Positions 29,973 through 40,426 of a DNA stretch of 64,000 nt are shown piece by piece. The notes beneath the pieces are model-generated. The model had not been told where the DNA came from. It saw only the letters and a program-made list of their open reading frames with translations, and searched no databases. How positions within the stretch are numbered: the stretch's first letter is position 1; each line of letters opens with the position of its first letter. Origin of the DNA: Escherichia coli (lineage in GTDB: Bacteria; Pseudomonadota; Gammaproteobacteria; Enterobacterales; Enterobacteriaceae); assembly GCF_024298765.1 (NCBI RefSeq), contig NZ_CP101210.1; one strand, written 5' to 3'. Position numbers and translations under genes: made by a program.

Positions 29973-30293
29973 ATGAAAGATGGTATCTATTTTGTTGTTT
30001 TCAGAAGCAATCAACGTGATTTTGGTAATGGTACCGTAGTTGTCAAAAACAATGCAGTAAATGGCGGAGATTTTGGTTTTACGTATCAGGGAAAAATTGA
30101 CGGTAGCCAACTTATTCTGCGCGTATCGCAGCATGATTTAAATGTCACCTCGGTTTTCCCTGGGGTAAAGAACTTTGAATTGAGTCTTTCTTTGCAGGAA
30201 CGAGGACGTGATTACCTGTTAAATGGATCTGTGGTCGGAATGCCTCAGATGCAAATTTCAATTAGTGCAAAATACATTGGTGATCTGATTTAG
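29973..30293 (+). CDS. Hypothetical moron protein (106 aa), possibly GrlR-like
   Basis: AT-rich by eye; MKDGIY...GGD...YQG pattern resembles GrlR-family proteins as far as I recall (unverified). Confidence 0.4.
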   Translation: MKDGIYFVVFRSNQRDFGNGTVVVKNNAVNGGDFGFTYQGKIDGSQLILRVSQHDLNVTSVFPGVKNFELSLSLQERGRDYLLNGSVVGMPQMQISISAKYIGDLI

Positions 30294-30299
30294 TTTATC

Positions 30300-30335
30300 G
30301 AGATGATAATTGAACCGCCTCCGGGCGGTTTTTTA
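30300..30335 (+). terminator. Rho-independent terminator after the moron gene
   Basis: gaaccgcctccgggcggtttttt. Confidence 0.6.
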
Positions 30336-30385
30336 TTGCCATTTCTATGGTCTGTTCCATCGTAATAACTTAAAGGGAAGCATTA

Positions 30386-30736
30386 ATGCCGCCACGAACC
30401 CCGAAAGCCTGCCGTGTTCGCGGCTGCCGCCATACCACTACTGACCCTTCAGGCTACTGCGAAAGCCACAAAAGCGAAGGCTGGAAGCAATACAAACCTG
30501 GACAATCCCGTCATCAGCGCGGCTACGGTTCGAAGTGGGACAGTATCCGCGCTCGTGTTCTGAAGCGTGACAAAGGCCTGTGTCAGTTATGTCTGCGTGC
30601 TGGTGTGGTGCGTGAGGCGAAAACTGTTGACCACATCATCCCTAAAGCGCATGGCGGCACTGATGCCGACTGTAATCTGCAGAGTCTGTGCTGGCCGTGT
30701 CATAAGGCGAAGACGGCCCGTGAACGGTTGAAGTGA
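30386..30736 (+). CDS. HNH endonuclease (packaging-associated)
   Basis: 116-aa ORF with Cys pairs and DHIIPKAHGG...N HNH motif; directly upstream of the terminase small subunit. Confidence 0.75.
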   Translation: MPPRTPKACRVRGCRHTTTDPSGYCESHKSEGWKQYKPGQSRHQRGYGSKWDSIRARVLKRDKGLCQLCLRAGVVREAKTVDHIIPKAHGGTDADCNLQSLCWPCHKAKTARERLK

Positions 30737-30861
30737 TAATGATTCTCAACTGCCTGAGGGGAGGGGCGGGTCAAATCCCTGCGGCCTGACGTCTTCCGGA
30801 CTGCCCGCCCCATCGTTTTTTTATACCCGCGAAAAATGAAATTTAACCAGGAGTGCCGCAT

Positions 30862-31356
30862 ATGGCTGGAACGGCGGGGCGTTCCGGGCGTCGCCCCAAG
30901 CCAACGGCGCGCAAGGCGCTGGCCGGAAACCCCGGCAAGCGAGCCCTGAATAAAGATGAACCTGTTTTTACGCCCATCAAAGGTGTTGAGCCACCGGAGT
31001 GGTTCGCTGAAGAAGATCTCCCTCTCGCCACGATCATGTGGCAACTGACAACCAAAGAACTCTGCGGTCAGGGCCTGCTGTGCGTGACTGACCTCGCGGT
31101 GCTTGAGCGGTGGTGCGTGGCCTATGAGTTCTGGCGACGTGCCGTGAAAAATATTGCCAGCCAGGGCAACACCATTACCGGTGCAATGGGCGGTATGGTC
31201 AAAAACCCGGAGCTGACCGCCAAGAAAGAACAGGAGTCCGAGATGAGCAGCACGGGGGCAATGCTCGGACTCGACCCCAGCAGCCGCCAGCGTCTGATTG
31301 GCCTGGCGGGGAAGAAGAAAGCCACTAACCCGTTTCTGAAAATCATCGAGTCATGA
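30862..31356 (+). CDS. Terminase small subunit (P27-family-like)
   Basis: ATG 30862 with AGGAG upstream; [31 protein letters not shown]-terminus. Confidence 0.7.
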   Translation: MAGTAGRSGRRPKPTARKALAGNPGKRALNKDEPVFTPIKGVEPPEWFAEEDLPLATIMWQLTTKELCGQGLLCVTDLAVLERWCVAYEFWRRAVKNIASQGNTITGAMGGMVKNPELTAKKEQESEMSSTGAMLGLDPSSRQRLIGLAGKKKATNPFLKIIES

Positions 31357-33086
31357 GCCGGAAATCTTACCCCAACGTAAATGCTGCCAATCAGTATGCC
31401 CGGGATGTCGTGCGCGGAAAGATTGTTGCCTGCCAGTTTGTGATTCAGGCCTGCCAGCGCCATCTTGATGACCTGATGGCGGAAAAAAGTAAGTCGTTTC
31501 GTTACCGCTTCGACAAGGACCTGGCTGAACGGGCCGCGAAATTTATTCAGCTGTTGCCGCACACCAAGGGTGAGTGGGCATTCAAACGGATGCCCATCAC
31601 GCTGGAGCCGTGGCAGCTATTTGTGATCTGCTGTGCGTTTGGCTGGGTCAATAAAGGCACCCGGTTGCGCCGCTTCCGGGAGGTGTATACCGAAATCCCC
31701 CGTAAGAACGGCAAATCAGCAATCTCTGCCGGTGTTGCCCTGTATTGTTTTGCCTGTGATAACGAGTTTGGCGCGGAAGTGTATTCCGGTGCCACGACAG
31801 AGAAACAGGCGTGGGAAGTCTTTCGCCCGGCGCGACTGATGTGTAAACGCACACCCATGCTGACGGAAGCGTTCGGGATTGAGGTTAACGCCTCAAACAT
31901 GAACCGTCCGGAGGATGGCGCGCGGTTTGAACCGCTGATCGGCAACCCCGGTGATGGTTCATCACCCCACTGTGCCGTGGTTGATGAATATCACGAGCAT
32001 GCCACCGATGCGCTTTATACCACAATGCTTACCGGGATGGGGGCGCGACGTCAGCCACTGATGTGGGCCATCACCACCGCCGGGTACAACATTGAGGGGC
32101 CGTGCTACGACAAGCGGCGGGAAGTCATCGAGATGCTCAACGGCTCGGTGCCTAACGATGAACTGTTCGGGATCATCTATACCGTTGATGAAGGTGACGA
32201 CTGGACCGACCCGCAGGTGCTGGAAAAAGCCAATCCAAATATTGGCGTGTCGGTTTATCGCGAATTTTTGTTAAGTCAGCAGCAGCGTGCGAAAAATAAC
32301 GCCCGTCTGGCAAACGTCTTTAAAACGAAACACCTCAATATCTGGGTGTCGGCACGTTCGGCGTATTTCAACCTGGTGAGCTGGCAGAGCTGCGAGGATA
32401 AATCACTGACCCTTGAGCAGTTCGAGGGGCAGCCGTGCATTCTGGCCTTTGACCTGGCGCGTAAGCTGGATATGAACAGCATGGCGCGACTTTATACCCG
32501 CGAGATTGACGGTAAAACGCATTACTACAGTGTGGCCCCGCGCTTCTGGGTACCGTATGACACGGTGTACAGCGTCGAGAAAAATGAAGATAGACGGACA
32601 GCCGAACGCTTTCAGAAATGGGTGGAAATGGGCGTCCTGACCGTTACCGATGGTGCAGAGGTGGATTATCGCTACATCCTCGAAGAGGCCAAAGCGGCGA
32701 ACAAAATCAGCCCGGTCAGTGAGTCACCCATCGACCCCTTCGGGGCGACCGGGCTGTCACATGACCTTGCTGATGAAGATCTGAATCCCGTCACTATCGT
32801 CCAGAACTTCGCCAATATGTCCGATCCGATGAAAGAGCTGGAAGCAGCGATTGAATCGGGACGCTTTCATCATGACGGCAATCCCATCATGACCTGGTGT
32901 ATCGGCAATGTGGTCGGCAAAAACATGCCTGGTAACGATGATTTAGTGAAGCCCGTCAAGGAGCAGGCGGAAAACAAAATCGATGGTGCGGTTGCACTGA
33001 TTATGACGATCGGTCGGGCAATGCTCAAAGAACCTGGCGATTTCCTCTCATCTCTTGATCCGGACGATGATCTCTTAATTCTATGA
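31353..33086 (+). CDS. Terminase large subunit
   Basis: 577-aa ORF downstream of TerS with an ATPase-like N-terminal region and nuclease-like C-terminus. Confidence 0.8.
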   Translation: MSRKSYPNVNAANQYARDVVRGKIVACQFVIQACQRHLDDLMAEKSKSFRYRFDKDLAERAAKFIQLLPHTKGEWAFKRMPITLEPWQLFVICCAFGWVNKGTRLRRFREVYTEIPRKNGKSAISAGVALYCFACDNEFGAEVYSGATTEKQAWEVFRPARLMCKRTPMLTEAFGIEVNASNMNRPEDGARFEPLIGNPGDGSSPHCAVVDEYHEHATDALYTTMLTGMGARRQPLMWAITTAGYNIEGPCYDKRREVIEMLNGSVPNDELFGIIYTVDEGDDWTDPQVLEKANPNIGVSVYREFLLSQQQRAKNNARLANVFKTKHLNIWVSARSAYFNLVSWQSCEDKSLTLEQFEGQPCILAFDLARKLDMNSMARLYTREIDGKTHYYSVAPRFWVPYDTVYSVEKNEDRRTAERFQKWVEMGVLTVTDGAEVDYRYILEEAKAANKISPVSESPIDPFGATGLSHDLADEDLNPVTIVQNFANMSDPMKELEAAIESGRFHHDGNPIMTWCIGNVVGKNMPGNDDLVKPVKEQAENKIDGAVALIMTIGRAMLKEPGDFLSSLDPDDDLLIL

Positions 33087-33244
33087 AATCACTAATTGCT
33101 GATGTTATCGGGCTGACTGGTTTTGGCCTGCTTACGTGCGGAGTTTACCTGCAGTTTGGTATGGCTCCGGCTCTGATTTTGTCCGGTGCTTTACTGCTGG
33201 TGGGTGCACTGGTTATGGTCAGAAGGGGGACGCGTGCTGCTTGA
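33083..33244 (+). CDS. Possible small membrane protein (53 aa) between terminase and portal
   Basis: Found by hand; two hydrophobic stretches; overlaps the TerL stop and the candidate portal start. Confidence 0.25.
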   Translation: MKSLIADVIGLTGFGLLTCGVYLQFGMAPALILSGALLLVGALVMVRRGTRAA

Positions 33245-34460
33245 TGCTCTGTTCAGAAGTAAATCACTGGAGAATCCTTCCACCCCGATAACCGGGGATG
33301 CCGTTGATACTGATGGGCTGTTCCGGGCAGACGTTTATGTCAGTCCTGAAACTGCGATGAAACTGGCTGCGGTGTATTCCTGTATCTATGTCCTGTCTTC
33401 CAGCCTTGCCCAGATGCCGTTGCATGTTATGCGCAGGCACAATGGGAAGGTTGAGCCCGCACGCGATCATCCGGCGTTTTATCTGGTTCATGATGAGCCC
33501 AATACCTGGCAAACCAGTTACAAATGGCGCGAACTGAAGCAACGTCACATCCTTGGCTGGGGGAATGGGTATACCTGGGTGAAACGTAATCGTCGCGGTG
33601 AAGTCATATCTCTGGATTGCTGTATGCCGTGGGAAACGACGCTGATGAATACTGGTGGCCGATACACCTACGGTTTGTACAACGAATATGGGGCGTTTGC
33701 GATCAGCCCCGACGATATGATCCACATCCGAGCGCTGGGTAATAATCAGAAGATGGGGCTGAGTCCGATTATGCAACATGCCGAAACAATAGGCATGGGG
33801 ATGAGCGGTCAGAAGTACACAGAAAGCTTCTTCAGCGGTAATGCCCGTCCGGCGGGGATAGTATCCGTTAAAAGCGGACTCAATAAGGAAAGCTGGGGCT
33901 GGCTTAAAGAACAGTGGCAGAAGGCATCGCAGGCGTTACGCCGCCAGGAAAACAAAACCATGCTGCTGCCAGCCGATCTGGATTACAAGGCACTGACTGT
34001 GTCGCCAGTTGACGCTCAGATCATTGACATGATGAAGCTGAACCGTTCAATGATCGCCGGTATTTTCAATATTCCTGCGCACATGATTAATGACCTCGAA
34101 AAAGCCACCTTCTCCAATATTTCTGCGCAGGCGATTCAGTTTGTCCGCTACACGATGATGCCGTGGGTGACGAACTGGGAGCAGGAGCTTAACCGTCGCT
34201 TGTTTACCCGCGCTGAGTTAGCCGCCGGGTATTACGTCAGGTTCAATCTGACGGGGCTTTTACGCGGAACTCCGCAGGAGCGCGCGCAATTCTATCACTT
34301 CGCTATTACCGATGGATGGATGAGCCGTAATGAGGCCCGCGCATTTGAGGATATGAATCCGGTTGAAGGGCTGGACGAGATGCTGGTAAGCGTGAATGCT
34401 GCTAACCCGGCAGGAGATTTTAAGCCCCCAAAAAACGATGAGGGAAAAACCAATGAATGA
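33234..34460 (+). CDS. Portal protein (HK97-family-like)
   Basis: Large ORF after the terminase; start uncertain (GTG at 33234 with GGGGGA upstream; track ORF begins 33186). Confidence 0.7.
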   Translation: MLLDALFRSKSLENPSTPITGDAVDTDGLFRADVYVSPETAMKLAAVYSCIYVLSSSLAQMPLHVMRRHNGKVEPARDHPAFYLVHDEPNTWQTSYKWRELKQRHILGWGNGYTWVKRNRRGEVISLDCCMPWETTLMNTGGRYTYGLYNEYGAFAISPDDMIHIRALGNNQKMGLSPIMQHAETIGMGMSGQKYTESFFSGNARPAGIVSVKSGLNKESWGWLKEQWQKASQALRRQENKTMLLPADLDYKALTVSPVDAQIIDMMKLNRSMIAGIFNIPAHMINDLEKATFSNISAQAIQFVRYTMMPWVTNWEQELNRRLFTRAELAAGYYVRFNLTGLLRGTPQERAQFYHFAITDGWMSRNEARAFEDMNPVEGLDEMLVSVNAANPAGDFKPPKNDEGKTNE

Positions 34461-35055
34461 CCGTGAAATCCGTTGTTACAGCGGTGAGGTGCGTGCTGAG
34501 CGGCATGACGATAACCCGGCGCACATTATCGGTTATGGATCGGTGTTTGACTGTCGTTCTGAGCTGATATTCGGTTCATTCCGCGAAATCATCCGGCCCG
34601 GCGCTTTTGACGATGTGCTTGGTGATGATGTACGCGCACTGTTTAACCACGATCCTAATTTTATTCTTGGGCGTAGTGCAGCAGGCACGCTGAATCTTTC
34701 AGTTGATGAGCGCGGATTACGCTATGACATCCAGGCTCCGGAGACACAGACCATTCGTGATCTGGTGCTGGCCCCGATGCAACGTGGAGATATTAACCAG
34801 TCATCTTTCGCTTTCCGTGTCGCCCGTGACGGTGAGGAGTGGTATCAGGATGAGGACGGGGTTGTTATTCGCGAGATAACCCGCTTTTCCCGTCTGCTGG
34901 ATGTCAGTCCTGTGACATATCCTGCCTATCAGGAGGCTGACTCGGCTGTTCGCTCCATGAAAGCATGGCAGGAGGCGCGCAACAGTGGCGCGCTACAGAA
35001 AGCCATTAATCAACGTATGGCGCGTGAACGCGTCCTGACCCTTCTTAACGCGTAA
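34453..35055 (+). CDS. Prohead protease (HK97-family-like)
   Basis: ATG 34453 overlapping the portal stop (ATGAATGA); position between portal and major capsid. Confidence 0.7.
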   Translation: MNDREIRCYSGEVRAERHDDNPAHIIGYGSVFDCRSELIFGSFREIIRPGAFDDVLGDDVRALFNHDPNFILGRSAAGTLNLSVDERGLRYDIQAPETQTIRDLVLAPMQRGDINQSSFAFRVARDGEEWYQDEDGVVIREITRFSRLLDVSPVTYPAYQEADSAVRSMKAWQEARNSGALQKAINQRMARERVLTLLNA

Positions 35056-35065
35056 AGGAAACATC

Positions 35066-36295
35066 ATGAAACTGCATGAACTGAAACAGAAACGTAATAC
35101 TATCGCAACTGACATGCGCGCCCTGAATGAAAAAATTGGTGATAACGCATGGACGGAAGAGCAGCGCACTGAGTGGAACAAAGCAAAATCCGAACTGGAA
35201 GCGCTTGATGAACGAATTGCACGCGAAGAAGAACTGCGTCGTCAGGATCAGGCGTACATTGAAAGCAATGAGGAAGAGCAGCGTCAGAATCTTGATCCGG
35301 AAAACAATCCGCAACAGGATGAGAAACGAGCTCAGGTTTTTGATAAGTGGATGCGTCACGGTGCCAGTGAGCTGACATCAGAAGAACGAAAGGCGTTGCG
35401 TGAACTTCGTGCCCAGGGTGTAGCTCAGGATGAAAAGGGCGGATATACCGTACCAGAAACATTCCTGGCGAAAGTTGTTGAGAAGATGAAATCCTACGGT
35501 GGCATCGCCAGTGTGGCGCAGATTCTGACCACTTCTGACGGTCGCACTATGGAGTGGGCAACAGCTGATGGTACTTCCGAAGTTGGTGTTCTGCTGGGCG
35601 AAAATGAAGAAGCCGGTGAAGAAGACACCGATTTCGGTATGGGAAGTCTTGGGGCGCTCAAAATGACATCGAAAATCATTCGTGTGTCTAATGAGTTGCT
35701 GCAGGACAGCGCGATCGATATGGAAGCTTATCTTGCCCGTCGCATTGCTGAACGTATTGGTCGTGGTGAAGCCCGTTATCTGATTCAGGGAACTGGTGCT
35801 GGTACGCCTAAACAACCCAAAGGGCTGGTCGCATCTGTGACCGGCACAACACAGACTGCCGCGGCAAATACGGTGAAGTGGCAGGAAATTCTGGCTCTGA
35901 AACACAGCATTGATCCTGCATATCGTCGCGGGCCGAAATTCCGCCTGGCGTTTAACGATAATACGCTGAAACTGATCAGTGAGATGGAAGACGGTCAGGG
36001 ACGCCCTTTATGGTTGCCGGATATTGTTGGTGTGGCACCTGCTTCAGTGTTGAATGTACCGTATGTCATTGATCAGGAAATTGATGATATCGGGGCGGGT
36101 AAAAAATTCATGTTCTGTGGTGACTTTGATCGCTTCATTATCCGTCGTGTGCGATACATGATTCTTAAACGTCTGGTTGAGCGTTACGCGGAATATGATC
36201 AGACTGGTTTTCTGGCCTTCCATCGTTTTGACTGTATCCTGGAAGACACCTCTGCCATTAAAGCGCTGGTGGGGAAAGGTAGCGTTGGTGGTTGA
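35066..36295 (+). CDS. Major capsid protein (HK97 fold family)
   Basis: 409-aa ORF with N-terminal coiled-coil scaffold-like delta region (KLHELKQKRN...EELRRQDQ) then capsid domain. Confidence 0.75.
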   Translation: MKLHELKQKRNTIATDMRALNEKIGDNAWTEEQRTEWNKAKSELEALDERIAREEELRRQDQAYIESNEEEQRQNLDPENNPQQDEKRAQVFDKWMRHGASELTSEERKALRELRAQGVAQDEKGGYTVPETFLAKVVEKMKSYGGIASVAQILTTSDGRTMEWATADGTSEVGVLLGENEEAGEEDTDFGMGSLGALKMTSKIIRVSNELLQDSAIDMEAYLARRIAERIGRGEARYLIQGTGAGTPKQPKGLVASVTGTTQTAAANTVKWQEILALKHSIDPAYRRGPKFRLAFNDNTLKLISEMEDGQGRPLWLPDIVGVAPASVLNVPYVIDQEIDDIGAGKKFMFCGDFDRFIIRRVRYMILKRLVERYAEYDQTGFLAFHRFDCILEDTSAIKALVGKGSVGG

Positions 36296-36319
36296 TTAGT
36301 CTTTTTACGTAATACAGCA

Positions 36320-36343
36320 CGCCGCGTAATGCGGTTTTTTTGT
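36320..36343 (+). terminator. Hairpin plus T-run after the major capsid gene (probable attenuating terminator)
   Basis: ccgcgtaatgcggttttttt. Confidence 0.4.
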
Positions 36344-36373
36344 GCCCGCGTTCTGGCGGGCACAGGAGGTTTT

Positions 36374-36697
36374 ATGCTGTTAAAAATGGAAGAGATTAAG
36401 CTTCAGCTCCGTCTGGATGATGATTTCTCTGATGAAGATGAGTTGCTTGAACTGCTTGGTAAGGCCGCTCAGAGTCGTACGGAAAACTTCCTTAACCGTA
36501 AGTTGTATGCAACCGCAGATGACAGGCCTGCGGATGATCCTGATGGGCTTGTGATATCTGATGATGTGAAGCTGGCGCTTCTGCTACTTGTCAGCCATTT
36601 CTACGAAAACCGCTCAACGGTTACAGACGTTGAGAAAATGGAGTTGCCAATGAGTTTTAACTGGTTGGTTGTTCCTTATCGCCTTATACCACTATGA
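36374..36697 (+). CDS. Head-tail connector (gp6-like)
   Basis: ATG 36374 with AGGAGG upstream; small acidic protein after the capsid gene. Confidence 0.5.
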   Translation: MLLKMEEIKLQLRLDDDFSDEDELLELLGKAAQSRTENFLNRKLYATADDRPADDPDGLVISDDVKLALLLLVSHFYENRSTVTDVEKMELPMSFNWLVVPYRLIPL

Positions 36698-37104
36698 AAA
36701 TTCGTCAGGCGCAGACCAGCGCAACCTACATTCTGCCGGACCCCGGCGAACTGAATAAACGCGTCCTGATCCGCCAGCGGGTGGATATGCCCGCGGATAA
36801 CTTTGGCGTGGAGCCTCAATACCCGGTTGCGTTCCGGGCATGGGCGAAGGTTATCCAGACCAGTGCCACCACCTGGCAGGAAACCGCGCAGACCGGAGAC
36901 GCCATCACCCATTACATCACCATTCGCTACCGCCGGGGGATCACTGCTGATTATGAGGTGGTCTGTGATGACAGTGTGTACCGGGTGAAACGTCAGCGCG
37001 ATCTGAACGGGGCGCGGCGCTTTCTGCTGCTGGAGTGTACGGAACTGGGCGAATTTACGCAGAGTCACGGAGGCAGCAATGGCGACTCCCTTTTTTCACG
37101 TTGA
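36694..37104 (+). CDS. Head closure / head-tail adaptor protein
   Basis: 136-aa ORF in the head-tail joining block; overlapping start. Confidence 0.5.
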   Translation: MKIRQAQTSATYILPDPGELNKRVLIRQRVDMPADNFGVEPQYPVAFRAWAKVIQTSATTWQETAQTGDAITHYITIRYRRGITADYEVVCDDSVYRVKRQRDLNGARRFLLLECTELGEFTQSHGGSNGDSLFSR

Positions 37105-37585
37105 TGTTCAGCAGCCCGCGGAGATGCGCTTTAACCGCGCCCGTGTCCGGCGGGCGTTTGTCACGATTGGGCAGCGTCATATGCGTGATGCCCGTCGGCT
37201 GGTGATGCGCCGTGCGCGGTCGGCACCGGGTGAAAACCCCGGTTATCAGACCGGACGCCTGGCTCGTTCGATTGGTTACATGGTGCCGAGAGCCAGTAAA
37301 AAGCGAGCCGGTTTTATGACACGCATTGCCCCTAACCAGCGCAACGGGAAGGGGAACCGGATGATCTCTGGTGACTTCTATCCGGCGTTTCTGTTTTTTG
37401 GTGTCCGGGGAGGAGCAAAACGTCGTCGTAGTCATCATCGTGGTGCATCCGGTGGCAGCGGCTGGCGGCTGGCTCCACGTAATAACTTTATGGTGGAAAC
37501 GCTTGAAAAGAACCGCAGCTGGACACGCTATTTTCTGGCGCGGGAATTGCGTAAATCACTGAAGCCGGAGCGACGACACAGATGA
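37079..37585 (+). CDS. Head-tail joining / tail component (HK97 gp10-like), basic
   Basis: 168-aa Arg-rich ORF in the joining block. Confidence 0.45.
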   Translation: MATPFFHVDVQQPAEMRFNRARVRRAFVTIGQRHMRDARRLVMRRARSAPGENPGYQTGRLARSIGYMVPRASKKRAGFMTRIAPNQRNGKGNRMISGDFYPAFLFFGVRGGAKRRRSHHRGASGGSGWRLAPRNNFMVETLEKNRSWTRYFLARELRKSLKPERRHR

Positions 37586-38142
37586 AACTGACGCCTGTTA
37601 TTGCTGCGCTGCGTGCCCGCTGCCCGTATTTTGAAAACCGGGTGGCAGGCGCGGCACAGTTCAAAAATCTGCCGGAGGTCGGAAAGCTGAGACTCCCGGC
37701 GGCGTATGTGGTACCGGGTGATGACTCTCCGGGAGAAAACAAAAGCCAGACCGACTACTGGCAGGAGCTGAAAGAGGGCTTCTCCGTGGTTGTCATACTG
37801 AGTAACGGGCGTGATGAGCGCGGTCAGTTTGCCTCGTATGATGTGGTGGACGATGTCCGGCAGATGCTCTTTAAGGCTCTGCTGGGCTGGAACCCGGAAG
37901 CGTGCGGTAACCCGATTACCTATGACGGCGGCACGCTGCTGGATCTGAATCGTCATGAGCTGATTTATCAGTTCGATTTTTCGGTCATCAGCGAGCTGAC
38001 CGAAGACGATACCCGCCAGCAGGATGACCTGAACAGTCTGGATGAACTGCGAACGCTGGCGATTGATGTTGATTATCTCGATCCCGGTAACGGGCCTGAC
38101 GGCGATATCGAACATCACACCGAAATAACCCTTCCTTCCTGA
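37582..38142 (+). CDS. Tail completion / terminator-like protein
   Basis: 186-aa ORF immediately upstream of the sheath gene. Confidence 0.45.
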   Translation: MKLTPVIAALRARCPYFENRVAGAAQFKNLPEVGKLRLPAAYVVPGDDSPGENKSQTDYWQELKEGFSVVVILSNGRDERGQFASYDVVDDVRQMLFKALLGWNPEACGNPITYDGGTLLDLNRHELIYQFDFSVISELTEDDTRQQDDLNSLDELRTLAIDVDYLDPGNGPDGDIEHHTEITLPS

Positions 38143-38150
38143 GAATCTTC

Positions 38151-38321
38151 ATGTTTGTGAAACCTGTTAAAGGGCGGTCAGTTCCTGACCCTGCCCGCGG
38201 TGACCTTTTGCCCGCCGAGGGGCGAAATGTTGATGAGAACAACTACTGGCTGCGCCGTGAAGCAGCGGGTGATATCCGGCGCGTGAATGAAAAGGTGAAT
38301 ACCGATGACGATAAGCTTTAA
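38151..38321 (+). CDS. Small tail-associated protein (56 aa)
   Basis: Found by hand; overlaps the sheath start. Confidence 0.35.
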   Translation: MFVKPVKGRSVPDPARGDLLPAEGRNVDENNYWLRREAAGDIRRVNEKVNTDDDKL

Positions 38322-39801
38322 CACCATTCCGTCGAATACGCTGGTTCCGATTTTTTATGCGGAAATGGATAACCAGGCGGCGAATACTGCACAGGACAGC
38401 GGAGCATCGCTGCTGATTGGTCATGCCAATAACGGTGCAGAGATTGTTGCCAACAGTCTGGTGCTGATGCCATCGGCAGACTATGCACGCCAGATTTGTG
38501 GTGCGGGAAGTCAGCTGGCGCGTATGGTCGAGGCTTATCGCCAGACCGACCCGTTTGGTGAACTGTATGTGATTGCCGTTCCTGAATCCACGGGCGCGGC
38601 GGCAACAGTTACGCTGACGGTGACCGGCGCGGCAACCGAAACCGGCACGGTGAATGTTTATGTGGGACGTACCCGCGTGCAGGCTCCGGTGACCAACGGC
38701 GATAACGTCACGACGATTGCCAGCAGTATCCAGGATGCCATCAATGCCGTTCCGGCCCTGCCGTTTACGGCTTCATCTTCGGCAGGCGTGGTCACACTGA
38801 CCGCGCGTCATAAGGGGCTTTGCGGGAATGAAATTCCTGTCAGCCTCAATTACTACGGCTTTGGTGGGGGCGAAGTGCTGCCAGCGGGCGTACAGATTGC
38901 CGTGGCGACGGGGACCGCCGGTACGGGTGCTCCGGTTCTCACCGGCGCGGTGGCTGCAATGGCGGATGAGCCGTTTGATTATATCGGCCTGCCGTTCAAC
39001 GACACGGCCTCCGTTAACACGCTGGTGACCGAGATGAACGATACCAGCGGTCGCTGGAGCTATGCGCGTCAGCTGTATGGTCATGTGTATACGGCAAAGA
39101 TCGGCACGCTGTCAGAACTGGTGACCGCAGGTGACCAGTTTAACCAGCAGCACATTACCCTGGCGGGATACGAAAAAGAGACCCAGACGCCTGCCGACGA
39201 GCTGGCGGCAAGCCGTACCGCCCGCGCAGCGGTGTTTATTCGCAACGATCCGGCACGTCCCACGCAGACCGGTGAGCTGGTGGGTATGCTGCCTGCGCCG
39301 AAGGGGAAACGGTTCACGATGACTGAACAACAGACCCTGCTGTCTCATGGCGTGGCAACGGCGTATGTCGAAAGTGGGGTGCTGCGCATTCAGCGTGATG
39401 TCACCACGTACAGGAAAAACGCTTACGGTGTTGCGGATAACAGCTACCTCGACAGCGAGACGCTGCATACCAGTGCGTATGTACTGCGCAAACTGAAATC
39501 CGTCATTACCAGTAAGTACGGGCGTCACAAGCTTGCCAGCGACGGTACCCGCTTTGGTCCCGGTCAGGCGATTGTCACCCCGGCGGTGATCAAAGGGGAA
39601 CTGCTGGCAACCTACCGTCAGCTTGAGCGTGCGGGGATCGTGGAAAACTACGAACTGTTCAAGCAGTACCTGGTTGTGGAGCGTGATGCCAGCGATCCGA
39701 ACCGCCTGAACACGCTGTTCCCGCCTGACTATGTTAACCAGTTGCGTGTCTTTGCCGTGGTTAACCAGTTCCGTCTTCAGTATTCAGAGGAGTCTGCATA
39801 A
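38305..39801 (+). CDS. Contractile tail sheath protein (Mu gpL-like)
   Basis: 498-aa ORF followed by tube, frameshifted chaperone and tape-measure genes. Confidence 0.75.
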   Translation: MTISFNTIPSNTLVPIFYAEMDNQAANTAQDSGASLLIGHANNGAEIVANSLVLMPSADYARQICGAGSQLARMVEAYRQTDPFGELYVIAVPESTGAAATVTLTVTGAATETGTVNVYVGRTRVQAPVTNGDNVTTIASSIQDAINAVPALPFTASSSAGVVTLTARHKGLCGNEIPVSLNYYGFGGGEVLPAGVQIAVATGTAGTGAPVLTGAVAAMADEPFDYIGLPFNDTASVNTLVTEMNDTSGRWSYARQLYGHVYTAKIGTLSELVTAGDQFNQQHITLAGYEKETQTPADELAASRTARAAVFIRNDPARPTQTGELVGMLPAPKGKRFTMTEQQTLLSHGVATAYVESGVLRIQRDVTTYRKNAYGVADNSYLDSETLHTSAYVLRKLKSVITSKYGRHKLASDGTRFGPGQAIVTPAVIKGELLATYRQLERAGIVENYELFKQYLVVERDASDPNRLNTLFPPDYVNQLRVFAVVNQFRLQYSEESA

Positions 39802-40157
39802 TGGCCCGTATCGGGGGAACCTGTTATTTCAAAATTGACGGTCAGCAGCTATCGCTGACCGGCGGCATTGAGGTGCCCATGAACAGGATGGTTAATGATG
39901 ACATCATCGGCCTGGACGGTTCAGTGGACCGCAAGGAAACTCACCGTGCGCCTTATGTCAAAGGGACCTTCAAGGTGCCGAAGAATTTTCCGGTGGGCAA
40001 AATCACCTCGTCTGATGAGATGACAATCACTGCCGAGCTGGCGAACGGTCAGGTCTATGTACTGTCGTCTGCTTGGCTGCACGGCGAAGCGAACCATAAT
40101 GCCGAAGAAGGCACGGTCGATCTTGAGTTCCACGGTGAAGAAGGGGATTACCAGTAA
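39801..40157 (+). CDS. Tail tube protein (Mu gpM-like)
   Basis: 118-aa ORF directly after the sheath. Confidence 0.7.
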   Translation: MARIGGTCYFKIDGQQLSLTGGIEVPMNRMVNDDIIGLDGSVDRKETHRAPYVKGTFKVPKNFPVGKITSSDEMTITAELANGQVYVLSSAWLHGEANHNAEEGTVDLEFHGEEGDYQ

Positions 40158-40426
40158 TGAAAGAGCTTGAGTTAAAGAAACCGATTACCGCTCATGGCGA
40201 GACACTCTCCGTACTGGAGTTTGATGAGCCCACCGGGAAAGATGTCCGCGAGCTGGGGTATCCCTACCAGATGAATCAGGATGAGTCCGTCAGACTTCTG
40301 GCGCATGTGGTATCGAAATATATTGTGCGGCTGGCGAAAGTGCCGCAAAGCTCTGTCGACCAGATGTCTCCGGCAGACCTGAATGCAGCGGCGTGGCTTG
40401 TGGCTGGTTTTTTCCTCCAGGCCTGA
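40157..40426 (+). CDS. Tail assembly chaperone, upstream frame
   Basis: 89-aa ORF before the tape measure; overlaps the 40393-40575 ORF in another frame (programmed-frameshift architecture). Confidence 0.6.
   Translation: MKELELKKPITAHGETLSVLEFDEPTGKDVRELGYPYQMNQDESVRLLAHVVSKYIVRLAKVPQSSVDQMSPADLNAAAWLVAGFFLQA

Noticed and set aside
31122-33779. Minus-strand ORFs inside terminase and portal genes (31122-31562, 31547-31945, 33264-33779)
   Set aside because: Antisense to strongly supported packaging genes and lacking start-site context
37528-39528. Minus-strand ORFs within the tail sheath region (37528-38118, 38773-39084, 39112-39528)
   Set aside because: Antisense to the contiguous tail gene block; Arg/His-rich translations typical of antisense frames
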